Shown one piece after another: positions 1-12,986 of a stretch of DNA of 64,000 nucleotides. Made by a program: the position numbers and the translations under genes. Each line of letters begins with the position of its first letter. Within the stretch, counting starts at the first letter, position 1. Below the pieces are notes generated by a model. That model did no database searches. It saw nothing but the letters and a program-made list of their open reading frames with translations, and was not told the DNA's origin. Source of the stretch: Ostrea edulis (lineage: Eukaryota); assembly GCF_947568905.1 (NCBI RefSeq), contig NC_079168.1, positions 44,888,001 through 44,952,000 of the forward strand, given 5' to 3'.

Positions 1-484
1 AATGTCAAGAATAATGCTAGAGGTACTGTATATAGGATACACACAATAGAAATGTCAAGAATAATGCTAGAGGTACTGTATATAGGATACACACAATAGA
101 AATGTCAAGAATAATGCTAGAGGTACTGTATATAGGATACACACAATAGAAATGTCAAGAATAGTGCTAGAGGTACTGTATATAGGATACACACAATAGA
201 AATGTCAAGAATAGTGCTAGAGGTACTGTATATAGGATACACACAATAGAAATGTCAAGAATAGTGCTAGAGGTACTGTATATAGGATACACACAATAGA
301 AATGTCAAGAATAATGCTAGAGGTACTGTATATAGGATACACACAATAGAAATGTCAAGAATAGTGCTAGAGGTACTGTATATAGGATACACACAATAGA
401 AATGTCAAGAATAGTGCTAGAGGTACTGTATATAGGATACACACAATAGAAATGTCAAGAATAATGCTAGAGGTACTGTATATA
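1..484. repeat. 50-bp tandem minisatellite, about 9.7 near-identical copies, continuing off the window edge (intron of the hydrolase gene)
   Basis: Unit aatgtcaagaata(a/g)tgctagaggtactgtatataggatacacacaataga repeats at exact 50-bp spacing; followed by a poly-G tract at about 505-524. Confidence 0.97.
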
Positions 485-704
485 GGGCAGTCAGGTAGGC
501 TACAGGGAGGGGGGGGGGGGGGGGTGTTACAGTCCCTGAAAATGAAATCCTCTGAATAAAATGTACTCAATGTTAGCTACTTTTATAACATTTATTATCT
601 TTCAAAGTCCAGGATTTTTATCTGATGACTCAGTAGAGTGAATCAAAACTCATTTGTTTTCAAAAATGACCATGTGTTGATTAAATGAAGTAACATATAA
701 AACT

Positions 705-1349
705 ATGTTTAATTTAGATACCTAGAGAAGATCTGTAGTTAGTATCCACTGTTTGTCGACAACCTACTATATTCCCCCCTCCATGTTTAATTTACATACC
801 TAGAGAAGATTCTGCAGATAGTATCCACTGTTTGTCGACCACCTACTACACCCCCCCCCCCTCCATGTTTAATTTACATACCTAGAGAAGATTCTGCAGA
901 TAGTATCCACTGTTTGTCGACAACCTACTATATTCCCCCCTCCATGTTTAATTTACATACCTAGAGAAGATTCTGCAGATAGTATCCACCGTTTGTCGAC
1001 CACCTACTACACCCCCCCCCCCCCCACCCTCCATGTTTAATTTACATACCTATAGAGAAGATTCTGCAGATAGTATCCACTGTTTGTTGACCACCTACTA
1101 CACCCCCCTCCATGTTTAATTTACATACCTAGAGAAGATTCTGCAGATAGTATCCACTGTTTGTTGACCACCTACTACACCCCCCTCCATGTTTAATTTA
1201 CATACCTAGAGAAGATTCTGCAGATAGTATCCACTGTTTGTTGACCACCTACTACATCCCCCTTTCCATGTTTAATTTACATACCTAGAGAAGATTCTGC
1301 AGATAGTATCCACTGTTTGACGACAACCTACTACATTCCCCCCTCCATG
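705..1349 (-). repeat. About 8 tandem copies (about 78-90 bp) of the hydrolase exon-2 3' half plus its splice donor
   Basis: On the minus strand each unit reads CATGGAGGGGG..GTAGTAGGT(T/G)GTC(G/A)ACAAACAGTGGATACTATCTGCAGAATCTTCTCTAG|GTATGTAAATTAAA; length varies through the G-run. Confidence 0.92.
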
Positions 1350-3836
1350 GAAGTATACAAACACAGATGGAGCCACACATAGGTCACAGTGCTTAGACCT
1401 GTACACAGTAATGGGGATTCCTGAAAATAAAACATACCTTTTACAATAACACATTGGCAAGGATCCAGTGATACTATAATGTTTAGGTACCTAAACATAA
1501 AATTAAACAAAGCACGAAAGGTGTAAGGGGCTCAATCAAAAGATCAATGTCGGATAAAAATCCAAATTCAAATAGTATGGGGAAGGGAGGGTAAAAACTC
1601 CCGTAAGTTTCTGTCATCCGACATCGATTACACTTTGAATAGTGCAGAAGAAAAAAAGACAAGCGACTGTTAAAAACATTTTAATGAACATTCAATAGTT
1701 TATAGTTTTAATTTACACTTTTATTTGTAAATAAACAATAGAAAAGGTATAAAAATTGTTATTTCACCCCTAAGCTCTTTCAAAAATACATATAAATGCA
1801 TGTAATATGGTTATACAGTCTGATTCATTGCATCTATTTCAGTTTGAAATCATTAATGAATGGACTTTCCCAATTTGTAATGTAAATATATACATTGTAT
1901 GAATAAAAAAAACAAAAACAAAAAAACAACAACCAAAAAAAACAAAACAAAAAACAAACCAAAAATAATAAAAAAAACACAAAAAAAACAACACTCCAAC
2001 ACAACCACATATTGAAATGAATACTTTGTAGATGTAACACTGTCTCTAGTTGTTGTGATAGCTGGTTCATTAGAAGGGAACTTTAGAAGGAAACCAATCA
2101 CTTTGAAGACTTGTTTTTATGCCACAGATAATGAAAATAGAGATATGTTACATTCTTTTCCATTACTGCTATCTTTGATCATCATTGATGAAGTAATAAA
2201 ATGGTTTAAATACACAACTATAACAACAGTAAAAATGATGCATATTCCCACATGCAGACAAATAGTACTCGTACAATATAACTTGATCTTAGTATTATAC
2301 ATAAAAATTTTATCAATGATAAAAGTAAACATTGATTAAATATTAGATTTTAAATGGAGTGCTTGAGATTAAAAATTCTGCGTACAAGATACTAGATGAA
2401 AACAAGATGTGTTTGTGAAACACATGCCCTGGGTCACAATAATTTGGAACTGTAAGACATTGAAGTTTTTTGAAAATTTCCAAAAACTAGGTCAATGGTC
2501 AATGTCAGCAAATCTGGTATCGTTGGAAAGGTCTTTTCACAAAAAATGCACATGCATAATACAAAGACACTACCTCTTACGATTTAAAAATATGACTTAT
2601 ATTCAAATTTTATATAAGTAGGTCAAAGGTCAATGTAAAGGTCACCAGGTCAAAGATTTTGGTGTCAATGGAAAGGTCTTGCCACAAGGAATACACAAAC
2701 CAATATGAAAGCTCTACCTCTTATGGTTTAAAAGATATGGCCAAGGTTAAAGTTTTTTGCCACAGACAGACACATAGATTCTGGGGGTATAATAATATAT
2801 CGTGTGCAATAAGATAAAAAAATATTTGTCTGTCTTAGCCATTATAGAAATATTATCTTTACTGTCATTATAAGTTGTACATGCATTTAGCATTTTCTTA
2901 CTTCATCAGTTATGATCAATGTTGACAGATTTTAAAATCGTATTCATGTACCACTGTAGAAGTGTGAGGCATGTAAAATATCCACTTCTACCCAAAGCAG
3001 CATACACAATTACATACACAGTACTTTCTGTTTGTTTTGTTAGTATATTGTATATGCTGTTTTTGATGAAAGTGGACATTTCACTACTGAAATAATTTTG
3101 TCCTATAAAGCACCATCTCCTGCTACCTTTTGTATCAATGTATTATAACTATTGTGTTACATACGCATTTCCGTTTCAGCCAAATCAACATAAATATGAC
3201 ACCCCCTTATTCATGATGAGTATTGAGTATGTCCATTGCATACATTTGTCAATGAACATTATATTTGTGTACATAACATATTTGTGTACTGGAACTCAGT
3301 CAATCCTGTGTTGTATTTCAATTTGAATCATGAATATATGTTGAGTGTTATGCCCTAATTTGGAATAAATCATATCATATATGTAGTTGTTTTGTAATGT
3401 TGTTCATCAGATCAAAGATGTGGTACATTTCATTAAGTACCCACGACTGTAGGTCGTTACCATTATTGGGCCACGCCCACTTATGCTTATACATAAAACT
3501 TTTTTATCATCACAAATTATGACATTAAATTTTATTGTGATTATAAAGATAAGAACACCCTTGATTTTAAATACAAACAAAGAATTGGATCACAGACGAA
3601 AAAGTCACCGACAACTTACCATCGATACATTGCTTTGATGGAACACTGAACTCTTTCACGGTGCCTTCAAATTCGGTCGTGCCTGCAAATCTTTTGGCGT
3701 TCGCAATGTTGCCCTCTCTCGCCTCTTCCACTGTCACTTGATCGTAAGATTTCATCCCTGCCTCAGCTCTTAATTTGAAATAACTTTCCGTCTCCTCATG
3801 TATTTTGTACTTAGGCTTAAATTTATCGAAAGACAT
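1285..3836 (-). CDS. Alpha/beta-hydrolase fold esterase/lipase (HSL / abhydrolase_3-like), 5' part only; remaining exons lie outside the window or were not found
   Basis: Exon 1 3836-3620 (ATG...CIDG, donor G|GTAAGT, phase 1); exon 2 1420-1285 (acceptor TTTTCAG|, donor AG|GTATGT). The join gives MSFDKFKP...CIDGIPITVYRSKHCDLCVAPSVFVYFHGGGNVVG...IFSR, with the oxyanion-hole HGGG motif after a 'P+.VY...V.VYF' strand typical of the family. Confidence 0.85.
2399..2795 (+). mobile_element. Non-autonomous Helitron/Helentron-like (HINE/CvA-type) element
   Basis: Starts AACAAGATGTGTTTGTGAAACAC, has an internal ggtcaaaggtca-type core, and ends with ACAG microsatellite and GGGGGTATAATAAT. Boundaries approximate. 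Confidence 0.6.
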
Positions 3837-4154
3837 CGTGTTTAGTAAACTTACTGCCTCCTTGCTTCTTCGATCGATGGTTTCTGCAAATCTATAGGAA
3901 GTAGCTCGCTATTAGTTGGCTAAGGGAGAATCTCATAATGTTATTACGAAGTTCCATTCGTATCGCCGTATTCAATGTGTGTAACCAAGAATTGTAATAC
4001 ACTTATCTTAGATCTTATACATATATATAGCTGGATAAAAGAGGTGTCTAGAATTGCGTTTCTGCTAAACCTGATTTCTACAAATCTTATCTGCAAGTCT
4101 AGAGAAGCTCCCTGAGAACTTGCTACTTTCACTTTCACACTGTATATATACACG
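3837..4154. promoter_or_regulatory. Probable bidirectional promoter shared by the hydrolase and RBKS
   Basis: Divergent ATGs at 3836 (minus) and 4155 (plus), only 318 bp apart. Confidence 0.7.
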
Positions 4155-7100
4155 ATGGACGTGATTGTAGTAGGCAGCTGTAATGTGGACCTTGTAAGGT
4201 AAACAATATACCGTTGCTGTCTCATAAATTCCATTTGCCACTTTATGATGTGTTGCAAATCCTCAATTGTTTCAAGTAGTAAAGATAGATTCTTCACAAC
4301 AGTGCATGATCTTCACTTTTTCTTGTTTCCAAATCAGGACCCTTTCACATAAAATGTGTCACATGATTTGATGATACATGGGGATGAAACAATAGGCCTA
4401 CAGAACCTTTACAATTAAATACGAGTCACAATACAATAGTCTCAATTCAACAATTTTCGATTTGATTTCATAAAATTACTATGAATATCTATTATACATG
4501 AAGATGTTCAATATTTTGATGCTTTTAATCTGCAATCTGGGCATTAACATAAAAAGATAATGAGTATGTGGCATTCAGACAGGTTCGATTGCTGGTGGCC
4601 AGGTAGCTCAGTTAGTAGAGCACCTGACTAGCGATTCAGGGGGCCTGGGTTTGAATCCCAGTCTGGTCCATTGCATTTTCTCCCTTCTTGCTACATTTGG
4701 TGCCGTGATGCAACCCCTGGAACTGACAGGTGAAAATTCCTGCCAAGAGATAAAAATCCTGGGTTGATATCTTCAAGGTATGAAGACATTTAAAGAGGGA
4801 GGAATGTGGTGGTCAGATGGGTTGGATTGCCAGTGGGTCAGTTGGTAGAACACCTGATGAGATTCAGGGGGCCCAGGTTCAAACCCCAGTTTGGTTTGCT
4901 GCATTTTCTCCCTTCCTGTTACATAGATATACAAATGTATACACTATAGTACTCTCTCCATATTTGTTATGACTTGTCTAGCAAGTTCACATTCCTGAAT
5001 TCACTTCACCAGATCAGGTTTGGGAGAACAGAGAGGATTACCAAATAAAAGAGAGGGATAATTAAACTAGTTTCTAGAACAAGTGCAATAGAAATGGAGA
5101 AAATCTGATGGACCATAGGCCTACCAAAATTTACACCAAAGCACCCCATCATTTCTGGTGCAGAAATTCTGGCAGCTGGGTTATCTGGAACCCAGGGCTT
5201 TTGAACTTGTATGTAATTTGACCACCCATATTCCACTGCATCTATATACATAAAGAGAGCTATATCCAAGACACACTAATATTATGTGTTTTACCATAAC
5301 ACAACAAAAGGAATCTGGGAAGGAAGCTGAGACTGACTGAGCTAGAAATGGGGCGTAAGGTTGAAGGAAGTCTGGGACAGGAGGGGTGAGGGAATTAATG
5401 AAATAGTTAAATTACTGAAGGCCGGATGCCTGTCTAGAAAATTTGAGGGTTCACTGAAGAGGTACACTTTCTGCAACACAACAAGAATCTGTAATTTTTA
5501 GGGCATAAACTTCTATTTTTTTCCCATTTACAACTGCCACTTATTGAACTTTAGCAAGAATTATACAACTACTTTATATTCAAAATCTCTACTTAGCTAT
5601 GTTCCACGACTGCCCACAGCGGGGGAGACGATTATTGGGACTAAATTTTCTCAAGGCTTTGGTGGAAAAGGTGCAAACCCAGCTGTGATGTCTGCTAGAC
5701 TTGGTGCTAAAACAGCTCTCATCAGTATGGTATTGAAGTTTTAATCATATACCCATGTATATGTACTCTATACTGTTTCATGTCATGAAATGCATGGCTG
5801 AGGCATATAATGTTTTCCTTTTTCATTCTTGCATCATTCCATCATAATTCAGTTTCCACTCATTATTTCTTCTATGGATGCACATATTTAACTTATTGAT
5901 TGATTGTATATCGTTTAATGTCCCTTTCAAGAATTTTTCACTGAAATGTAGTCGTCACCATTGCTGATGAAGGACTGGCACTGGGCTGCAAAATTTAGTC
6001 ATATGCTCGGCGCTTACCGCCTTTGAGCAGGGAGGGATTTTTATTGTGCCACACCAGCTACGACACAAGACCTCTTATTTTTAGTGTCATCCAAAGGACC
6101 GCCCTCATTTAGTTGCCTCTTACGACATATTTAATTGAAATTTGGTGTATAGATACATCATGAGAATATCCAGGTCTTTATTTTTTGGTTCTGGTTGAAT
6201 AATTTATTACAGAGTTGTGCCCCATGGACTTGAATTAGTGCCCCATGGACTTGAATAATTCAGTTTCTGTTTTCATTATCTCAGTTGCACATAAACATTT
6301 TAAATTGAAATTCACGATATAGATACGTCATGAGAATATGCAAATCAGTTTACTATGAGGTTCAGAACGGATCGGACCTTTAGAAAGAAAATTTTAAACA
6401 ATTCACAGTTTCCACTCATTACCTCAGTCATTACAAGGACATTTTGAGTCAGGATATAGGTATATAATGAGATTGCGCAGATCAAGAACTTTATATGTTG
6501 CCAATCTCCATACTCGTGCATGCCTTAAAACATTTAGTGATTTATTACCATCACTTTTATATAAAATACATGTACTAAATCTCTGTATACAATTGTGTAA
6601 TTGTGATGAGAAATAAATTCAGTTCAGTTCAGATAACTTTTGGCAGAGTTATGGCCCTTAGGTGGGGACAATTGTGTTGCTTCGACACATTTAATTGTCA
6701 TCAATAACCATGCTCTATGAAATCTTTATGCATGAGGGCATTGCATCACAGAAAATTGTGTGATTAAGAGAAAGCACAGTTGTGTTTGTCAACTACATGT
6801 ATTGCCTTTTCTCTGTCTGGTCTATTAGTTACATGCACTATTAATTGTGTTTTAGGTTGGAGACGACACCTATGGAAAAGAATACAAATTGAACCTCATG
6901 AAGAATGACATTGACATAAGTCACGTTGGTACCACATCTAAGGCAGCCACTGGTGTAGCTCCCATCTTTGTCAATGAAAGTGGTAATTTAGTTTTTGAGG
7001 CTTTGTGTTTTACAGACACTGTAGAGTCACTTATTTTTGTGGGGTAAAATTTTCTTGGTTTGACAAAATTAAACATGTTCACAGGGACTTTAACCATTAG

Positions 7101-9718
7101 CTTTATTAGATTTATTGACAACTGTTTGCTGATCATTAGAAATACTTTAGTTATGCATTGTAAACATTTAAATATTGTGGAAAATAACATTGAAAATTTT
7201 CAGTTCAAATGATGTCCATGCCTACAGCAACATTTAACTTTCACACAACTATTTATCTGCCTTTTATCATCATATTATATACTTAAATGGTACCTTCAGT
7301 GCTTATCAGTATATGAAAATTCCAAAGAAATAAAAATCAATTTATTCTGAATATTTCGAGAAATTCAAGAAAAATAGAAAAATCTCCCCTCCTTAATTTT
7401 CTCATTTGGTCAGGTTTGAGAGCCTTATCACTGTGACATCACAATTTACTCCACACTTATAACTACATAGCTTACTACAAGCTCTTAATTAGTTCAATGG
7501 CTGTGATGTCATAGATAGTAAAGCAAAGATAGCCACTATCGTGACATAGGTTTCTGACATAAAATATTTTGATTCTGCCTATCCTTAAATTTCCAACAAA
7601 ACATTACAACTTACTGTACGTCTTTTCTATAAGAGATGAACTTGATGGCTTTTCTTCAGAATGGGTGATAAAAATAAATAATTTTGCATGCAACATCCTT
7701 ATAAATACTGTAAACACTTTTTAATTGCAAGACTTAACTTTTGTGCAAGTTCAAAAAATTGTGTTTTAATGTGAAAATGAGGATCTCGTGAATACTTTTG
7801 TATATAAATGTAGTTACCAAAGTTGTATCTACATCTTGCTGAAAACTCTGACAAAACAAGTATAATCTTGTATTAAAATAATTAAATGATGTTTAATAAT
7901 TATATATTTGAAATTGTTTAATATAATTTTGAAAACATTATATTAGATAATTAATCATTATTATAATCATTACATCACTGACCATATTTCTGCAAAATCT
8001 TAGTTTATGAAAATTGGGACAAAATGGAACCATTCCATTAATTGTGTATGTCAAAGATTTATGGGAAATTTTGTGTAGGCATATCCCTTTAATTTTTTTC
8101 TTGTTTCAGGTGAAAATTCCATTGTTGTAGTTAAAGGAGCCAATGATTATTTGACAGTGGGAAACTTAGAAGCTGCCAGAGATTTAATGCAGAACTCTAA
8201 AATCCTTCTGTGTAATCTGGAAATTGATCCCAAAGTGACATTAGAAGCTCTAAAAATGGCACACTCCTGTAACAGTAAGCCAAAAAAACTGTCTTTTTCA
8301 GAGTTGCCTCCCTTTATGCATTTTATGCAATAAAATGCTAGCAAAATTTAGATGATTGAGTAAAATTTAGTATAAGTTTCCAAAAACAGTTTGAAATATA
8401 TTAGAAAATATCAGTTCCAACCCCCTGTTCACACAGTGCTAAAACCTTACAAAGATCAGGCTGCAATCTGAAAAAAAGGATTGGAATCGGGACAGGATCA
8501 GCTTCAAAGCCAAGTAATTTGGCAAATTAAGGTCTTCATTGCGAACGTACTACCATGTTTGTACGTCAAGTCAAACATGCTCCTGACACACGTATACTAT
8601 GCTTAAATGCACATTAATGCCAACCAGCAGCCGCTTTTACTGCATTTATACTGCATTCTTACTACTACATACAAGATCATATTATGATGTTACTCAGACC
8701 CAGAAGACTATACAATGATGTCTGTCCACTGTTGCCTGATCATCATATCACATTTCTACTATGCTTCTTGAACATAGAGGGATTATGGTGGGAGTAAGGT
8801 AAAAAGCATAACATGACCTCGAGTAAGTTCCCAACTGCATTTACTATGACTGTAAAGATCTCACCATGATTCTTCCATGACACTTGTATGATTATGATGT
8901 TTCTACCCTGCTCGTAATAAAATACAACTTTACCCTGCTTCTTGTTTGCTATGACCCCATTACACTTGTTATGAACATGTAGAGCTTCATGATCATTAAG
9001 ATCCTACCCCGATCATACTGTGTATATGAAGACTTCACTGCATTTCTCTCGCAATTTGCCTTGTTTTCAGCCACATTTTGATCACAGTAGAAGCGCCTAT
9101 GTGTGAACTGGGGAGAAGGTGGGAAGCAACTTTTAAAGTAGAATCTTTTATATTAACACATAATTAACAAACCTTTTCTACATCTTTCAGTACGAAGCTT
9201 ATTTAACATGGCACCAGCCAGGGCAGGTCTAGATCAATATTTCCAGTATTGTGATATTCTTGTTGTCAACGAGTCAGAGGTAAGACAACAGCGATATCTC
9301 TTTCCCTTCTAGATGCTGAAAGTAATCAATCATGTTCTTTTATGTGGAACAATAAATAATAGACTCAATGTTAAAGCTGGCTTTGAAGCATACAACATGC
9401 AACTGCGTACTGCTATTTCATAACTAGGAATGTTTTATGCAATCTAATTAAAATCAGATCCTTTGATCCGCTCATGTACACCTCGTGTAGGGATATACGT
9501 GAGCGGATCAAAGGATCCAAGTTTAATTAGATTGAGACATATGCAACGTTTCTCAATAATATCTAATTTTTTGTGACACTTCATGCTTGCGTTCCATCTC
9601 ATTTTTAGCCCACCTGAGCCGAAGGCTCAATTGAGCTTTTCTGATCAAAATTTGTCGGTTGTCTGTCATTGGCATAAACTTTTCACATTTTCATCTTCTT
9701 CTGCAGAACCACTGGGCT

Positions 9719-9750
<32 letters not shown>

Positions 9751-12600
9751 AGTTGAAAGACTTTAAAGTTTGTGCAAACAAAGGGCCATGCCCCATTCAA
9801 AGGGGAGATAATCACAAAAATGCAAAAATAGGATGGGGTCATTTAAAAATCTTCTTAAGAATCACTGGGCCAGGAGAGCTGAAAATTTGAATGAAAGCTT
9901 CCTGACATAGTGCAGATTCAAGTTTGTAAAAATCATGGCCCCCGGGGGTAGGTTGGGACCACAATATTGGGATCAAAGTTTTACGAGCAAAAAATTTGGA
10001 AAATCTTTAAAAATCTTCTTCTCAAGAACCATTGGGCCATCAGGGATTTTTTTACCCCTTGAATCCAGGGGCCAGGGCCTTCAAGTTTGGGAAAATTAGC
10101 GATATTTGATTGAAATTGGGAAATTTGTTTCATACAAATATAAGATAAGAAAAACAACTTACAAGCAAAATGTTAACCATTTGATATTTCACTATCAATG
10201 TGGCTGGCTTAAACAAACTTTAATTCCCGGTCTTTGGCAGAGAAAAAATTGTTACAAATTTTTGCAACAGAGTGGCACTGAGGTTGGATGGCCCCTCATG
10301 GCATATTCTCATCAAAGCATCCATCATTTGGGAATTTTAGGTATCATTTTGGGTAAAACACCTGCTTTTCAGCATCGGGAATGGGGCCGAATTTCGGCCC
10401 TCTACAGACCCTAAAAAATCCCTGGCCAGGAATGTAGAAATTTACATGAAAGCGTCTTGACATTGTGCAGATTCAAGTTTGTTGAAATCATGACCCCTTG
10501 GTTTAGGATGGGGCCACAATAGGGAATCAAAGTTTTACATACAAATATATAGGGAGAAAATCTTTAAAAATCTTCTCTCAAGAACCACTGGACAAGGAAA
10601 GTACAAATTTACATGAAAGCTTCCTGACATAGTGCAGATTCAAGTTTACCCCCGGGGGTAAGATAGGGCCACAATTGGGGATCAACCTTTTACATACAAA
10701 TATATAATTCGGGAAAATCTTTAAAAATCTTCTTCTCAAGAAACACTGAGCCAGAAAAGCTGAAATTAACTTGAAAGCTTTCTGACATAGTGCAGATTAA
10801 AATTTGTTAAAATCATGGCCCCCAGGGGTAGGATGGGGCCACAATAGGGGATCAAAGTTTTACATACTAATATATAGAGAAAATCTTTTCAAATCTTCAT
10901 CTCAAGAACCATTGGGCCAAAGAATTTTACGTTTACATGACAGTTTCCTGACATAGTGCAGATTCAAGTTTGTAAAAATCAAGGCCCCTGGGTTAGGTTG
11001 GGGCCACAATAGGGACCAAAGTCTTACATGCAAATATATATGGAAAATCTTTAGATATGGGCCAAGGTGATATAAAAATATTTTCAAGATCCCATCAGTA
11101 GGCCTGACTCTGTACTGAGTGAAAACCAACGTGAGTTTTATCTGTAATGATTCTAGGCAGAGATCATCACAGGTATCCAGGTATCTAGAGTCCAGGAGGC
11201 AAAGGTCGCTGCCGAATCCATCTTAAAGAAAGGTTGCAAAGTTGTTGTTATAACTCTGGGAGAAAATGGTGCTGTTGTGCTGAGCCAAGATGACAAAGAG
11301 GCTATTCATATCCCCACCCCTAAAGTCCCAGCTGTGGATACTACAGTAAGCTGTACACCGAGTACCAATTCTGTTTTACATTTGTCACTTTCACCTTAAA
11401 GTTAATTCATGCCAGAGCTATTAATTTGCTGATGGGAGGAATACACTTTCTCCTGTTCATAGAGGATTTAGATTCTTATGCATATTTATGATGTAGGTAT
11501 GGGTTTTATTTCTGCTAACTTTAACAAGATTACAAATCTTCCAAAAATGTTCTTATTTCAATGATTTCTATTGCCTTTATAAAATACAATTAATGGCTTT
11601 TAAAGGTTTCTTTTTGCATATAAATAAAAGTCAATCTCACAAAAAGTATGTCGGGTATTTCACAGTATTTTCTTTAGTGATATTACAATATATGTGTTAA
11701 TTAGGGATTTCATATTAGTGATTTCACTGTATTTGTGTAATATTAATGATTTAACATTATTTGTGTTAGTGATGTTGTATTAGAGTAGTGATTTGACAGT
11801 ATATATATTTGTGTAAGATTAGGGATTTGACAGTATTTGTGTAAGATTAGTGATTTGACAATCTTTGTGTAAGATTAGTGATTTGACAGTATTTGTGTAA
11901 GATTAGTGATTTGACAGTATTTGTGTAAGATTAGTGATTTGACAATATTTGTGTAAGATGAGTGATTTGACAGTATTTGTGTAAGATTAGTGATTTGACA
12001 GTATTTGTGTAAGATTAGTGATTTGACAGTAATTGTGTAAGATTAGTGATTTGACAGTATTTGTGTAAGATGAGTGATTTGACAGTATTTGTGTAAGATT
12101 AGTGATTTGACAGTAATTGTGTAAGATGAGTGATTTGACAGTATTTGTGTAAGATTAGTGATTTAACAGTATTTGTGTAAGATGAGTGATTTGACAGTAT
12201 TTGTGTAAGATTAGTGATTTGACAGTATTTGTGTAAGATTAGTGATTTGACAGTATTTGTGTAAGATTAGTGATTTGACAGTAATTGTGTAAGATTAGTG
12301 ATTTGACAATCTTTGTGTAAGATTAGTGATTTGATAGTATTTGTGTAAGACTAGGGATTTGACAGTATTTGTGTACGCTGACGGTTGTTTTTATGACAGG
12401 GTGCTGGAGATGCTTTTTGTGGTTCCCTGGCAGTGTTTCTTTCAACCAAACCTGAGTTAGGACTGCAAGAGTCAGTGTACAGGGCAAACCGGATAGCCGG
12501 AATCACCGTTCAGTCCCCGGGGACACAGACCAGTTACCCCCACCGCAAGGACCTCTCTCCTGAGCTGTTCAGTGAGGAGAAGCTATTGAAAGATGTTTAA
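4155..12600 (+). CDS. RBKS: Ribokinase (PfkB family), 315 aa, 7 coding exons
   Basis: Exons 4155-4198, 5597-5729, 6856-6982, 8110-8274, 9191-9279, 11157-11345, 12400-12600. All introns GT-AG, phases consistent, total 948 nt. Motifs: [79 protein letters not shown]. Confidence 0.97.
4567..4923 (+). mobile_element. Miniature LTR retroelement (TRIM) with tRNA-like Pol III promoter inside each LTR (Helenus/TRIMp3-like), in RBKS intron 1
   Basis: LTR1 4567-4695 and LTR2 4805-4923, both TGT...ACA; PBS TGGTGCCGTGA at 4698-4708; PPT AAAGAGGGAGGAA at 4792-4804; tRNA-like cloverleaf at 4597-4669. No TSD recognisable. Confidence 0.85.
5915..6128 (-). mobile_element. 5'-truncated copy of the RTE-like short retroelement (same family as 48463, 57666, 57986)
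   Basis: Reverse complement reads GTCGTAAGAGGCAACTAAATGAGGGCGGTCC...CCCTCCCTGCTCAAAGGC...GAGCATATGACTAAATTTTGCAGCCC...GAAAAATTCTTGAAAGGGAC. Confidence 0.8.
9440..9534. mobile_element. 95-bp hairpin MITE
   Basis: CAATCTAATTAAA..GATCCTTTGATCCGCTCA / TGAGCGGATCAAAGGATC..TTTAATTAGATTG inverted arms with a short spacer. Confidence 0.75.
9603..11075 (-). mobile_element. HINE/Helentron-type element carrying several ~165-bp satellite-like units (Cg170-like), in RBKS intron 5
   Basis: Terminal palindrome TTTTAGCCCACCTGAGCCGAAGGCTCAATTGAGC; repeated units gaaagcttcctgacatagtgcagattcaagtttgtaaaaatcatggcccc...ggggccacaatagggatcaaagttttaca. Confidence 0.75.
11790..12377. repeat. 28-bp minisatellite, about 21 copies, directly upstream of the last RBKS acceptor
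   Basis: Unit ttagtgatttgacagtatttgtgtaaga. Confidence 0.95.
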
Positions 12601-12980
12601 GAGGCATTGAAAGAAGGACATATAATGACACAAATACTTGTATAATACTTCCGATTAAAGTATTGATATAATTCTATTATATAAACTGATTGCATGAATG
12701 AGGTGGAAACAAATTAACATTAACAGAAAAGTTAACCATTGAATTAGAAAAGGTAAAGTGATGAAGAAAAATCAAGTCAATCTGTGATTATTCACAAGCT
12801 GCACAGGAGACCCTGAATTGTTTTGTCAGTGTATTAAGAATCTATTAGATTGACCTAGATTGATATCATGCTGCTGAAGGAACTTTAATTCTTAACAAAT
12901 ACGCAAGATAAATATACACCATACTTTTTACGGTTGTTTTTACAGGTTGTCAGTAATTTTAATGTATATGTTGTTTAAGA

Positions 12981-12986
12981 AATAAA
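12981..12986 (+). promoter_or_regulatory. Candidate RBKS polyadenylation signal
   Basis: AATAAA about 380 nt after the stop codon; position only, no transcript evidence. Confidence 0.4.

Noticed and set aside
367-570. 67-aa ORF starting at a good acceptor (TTTCAG|GGACTGTAAC) as hydrolase exon 3
   Set aside because: The phase fits, but it runs into poly-Pro from a G-tract and then the 50-bp repeat, with no YRLAPE-like motif and no donor.
622-652. Hammerhead-like CTGATGA-CTCAGTAGAG-TGAA
   Set aside because: It has GAAT instead of GAAA, stem II borrows a core nucleotide, and no stems I/III were found.
4597-4669. Functional tRNA gene
   Set aside because: 8-nt anticodon loop, mutated B box, and it is embedded in an LTR with a degenerate twin.
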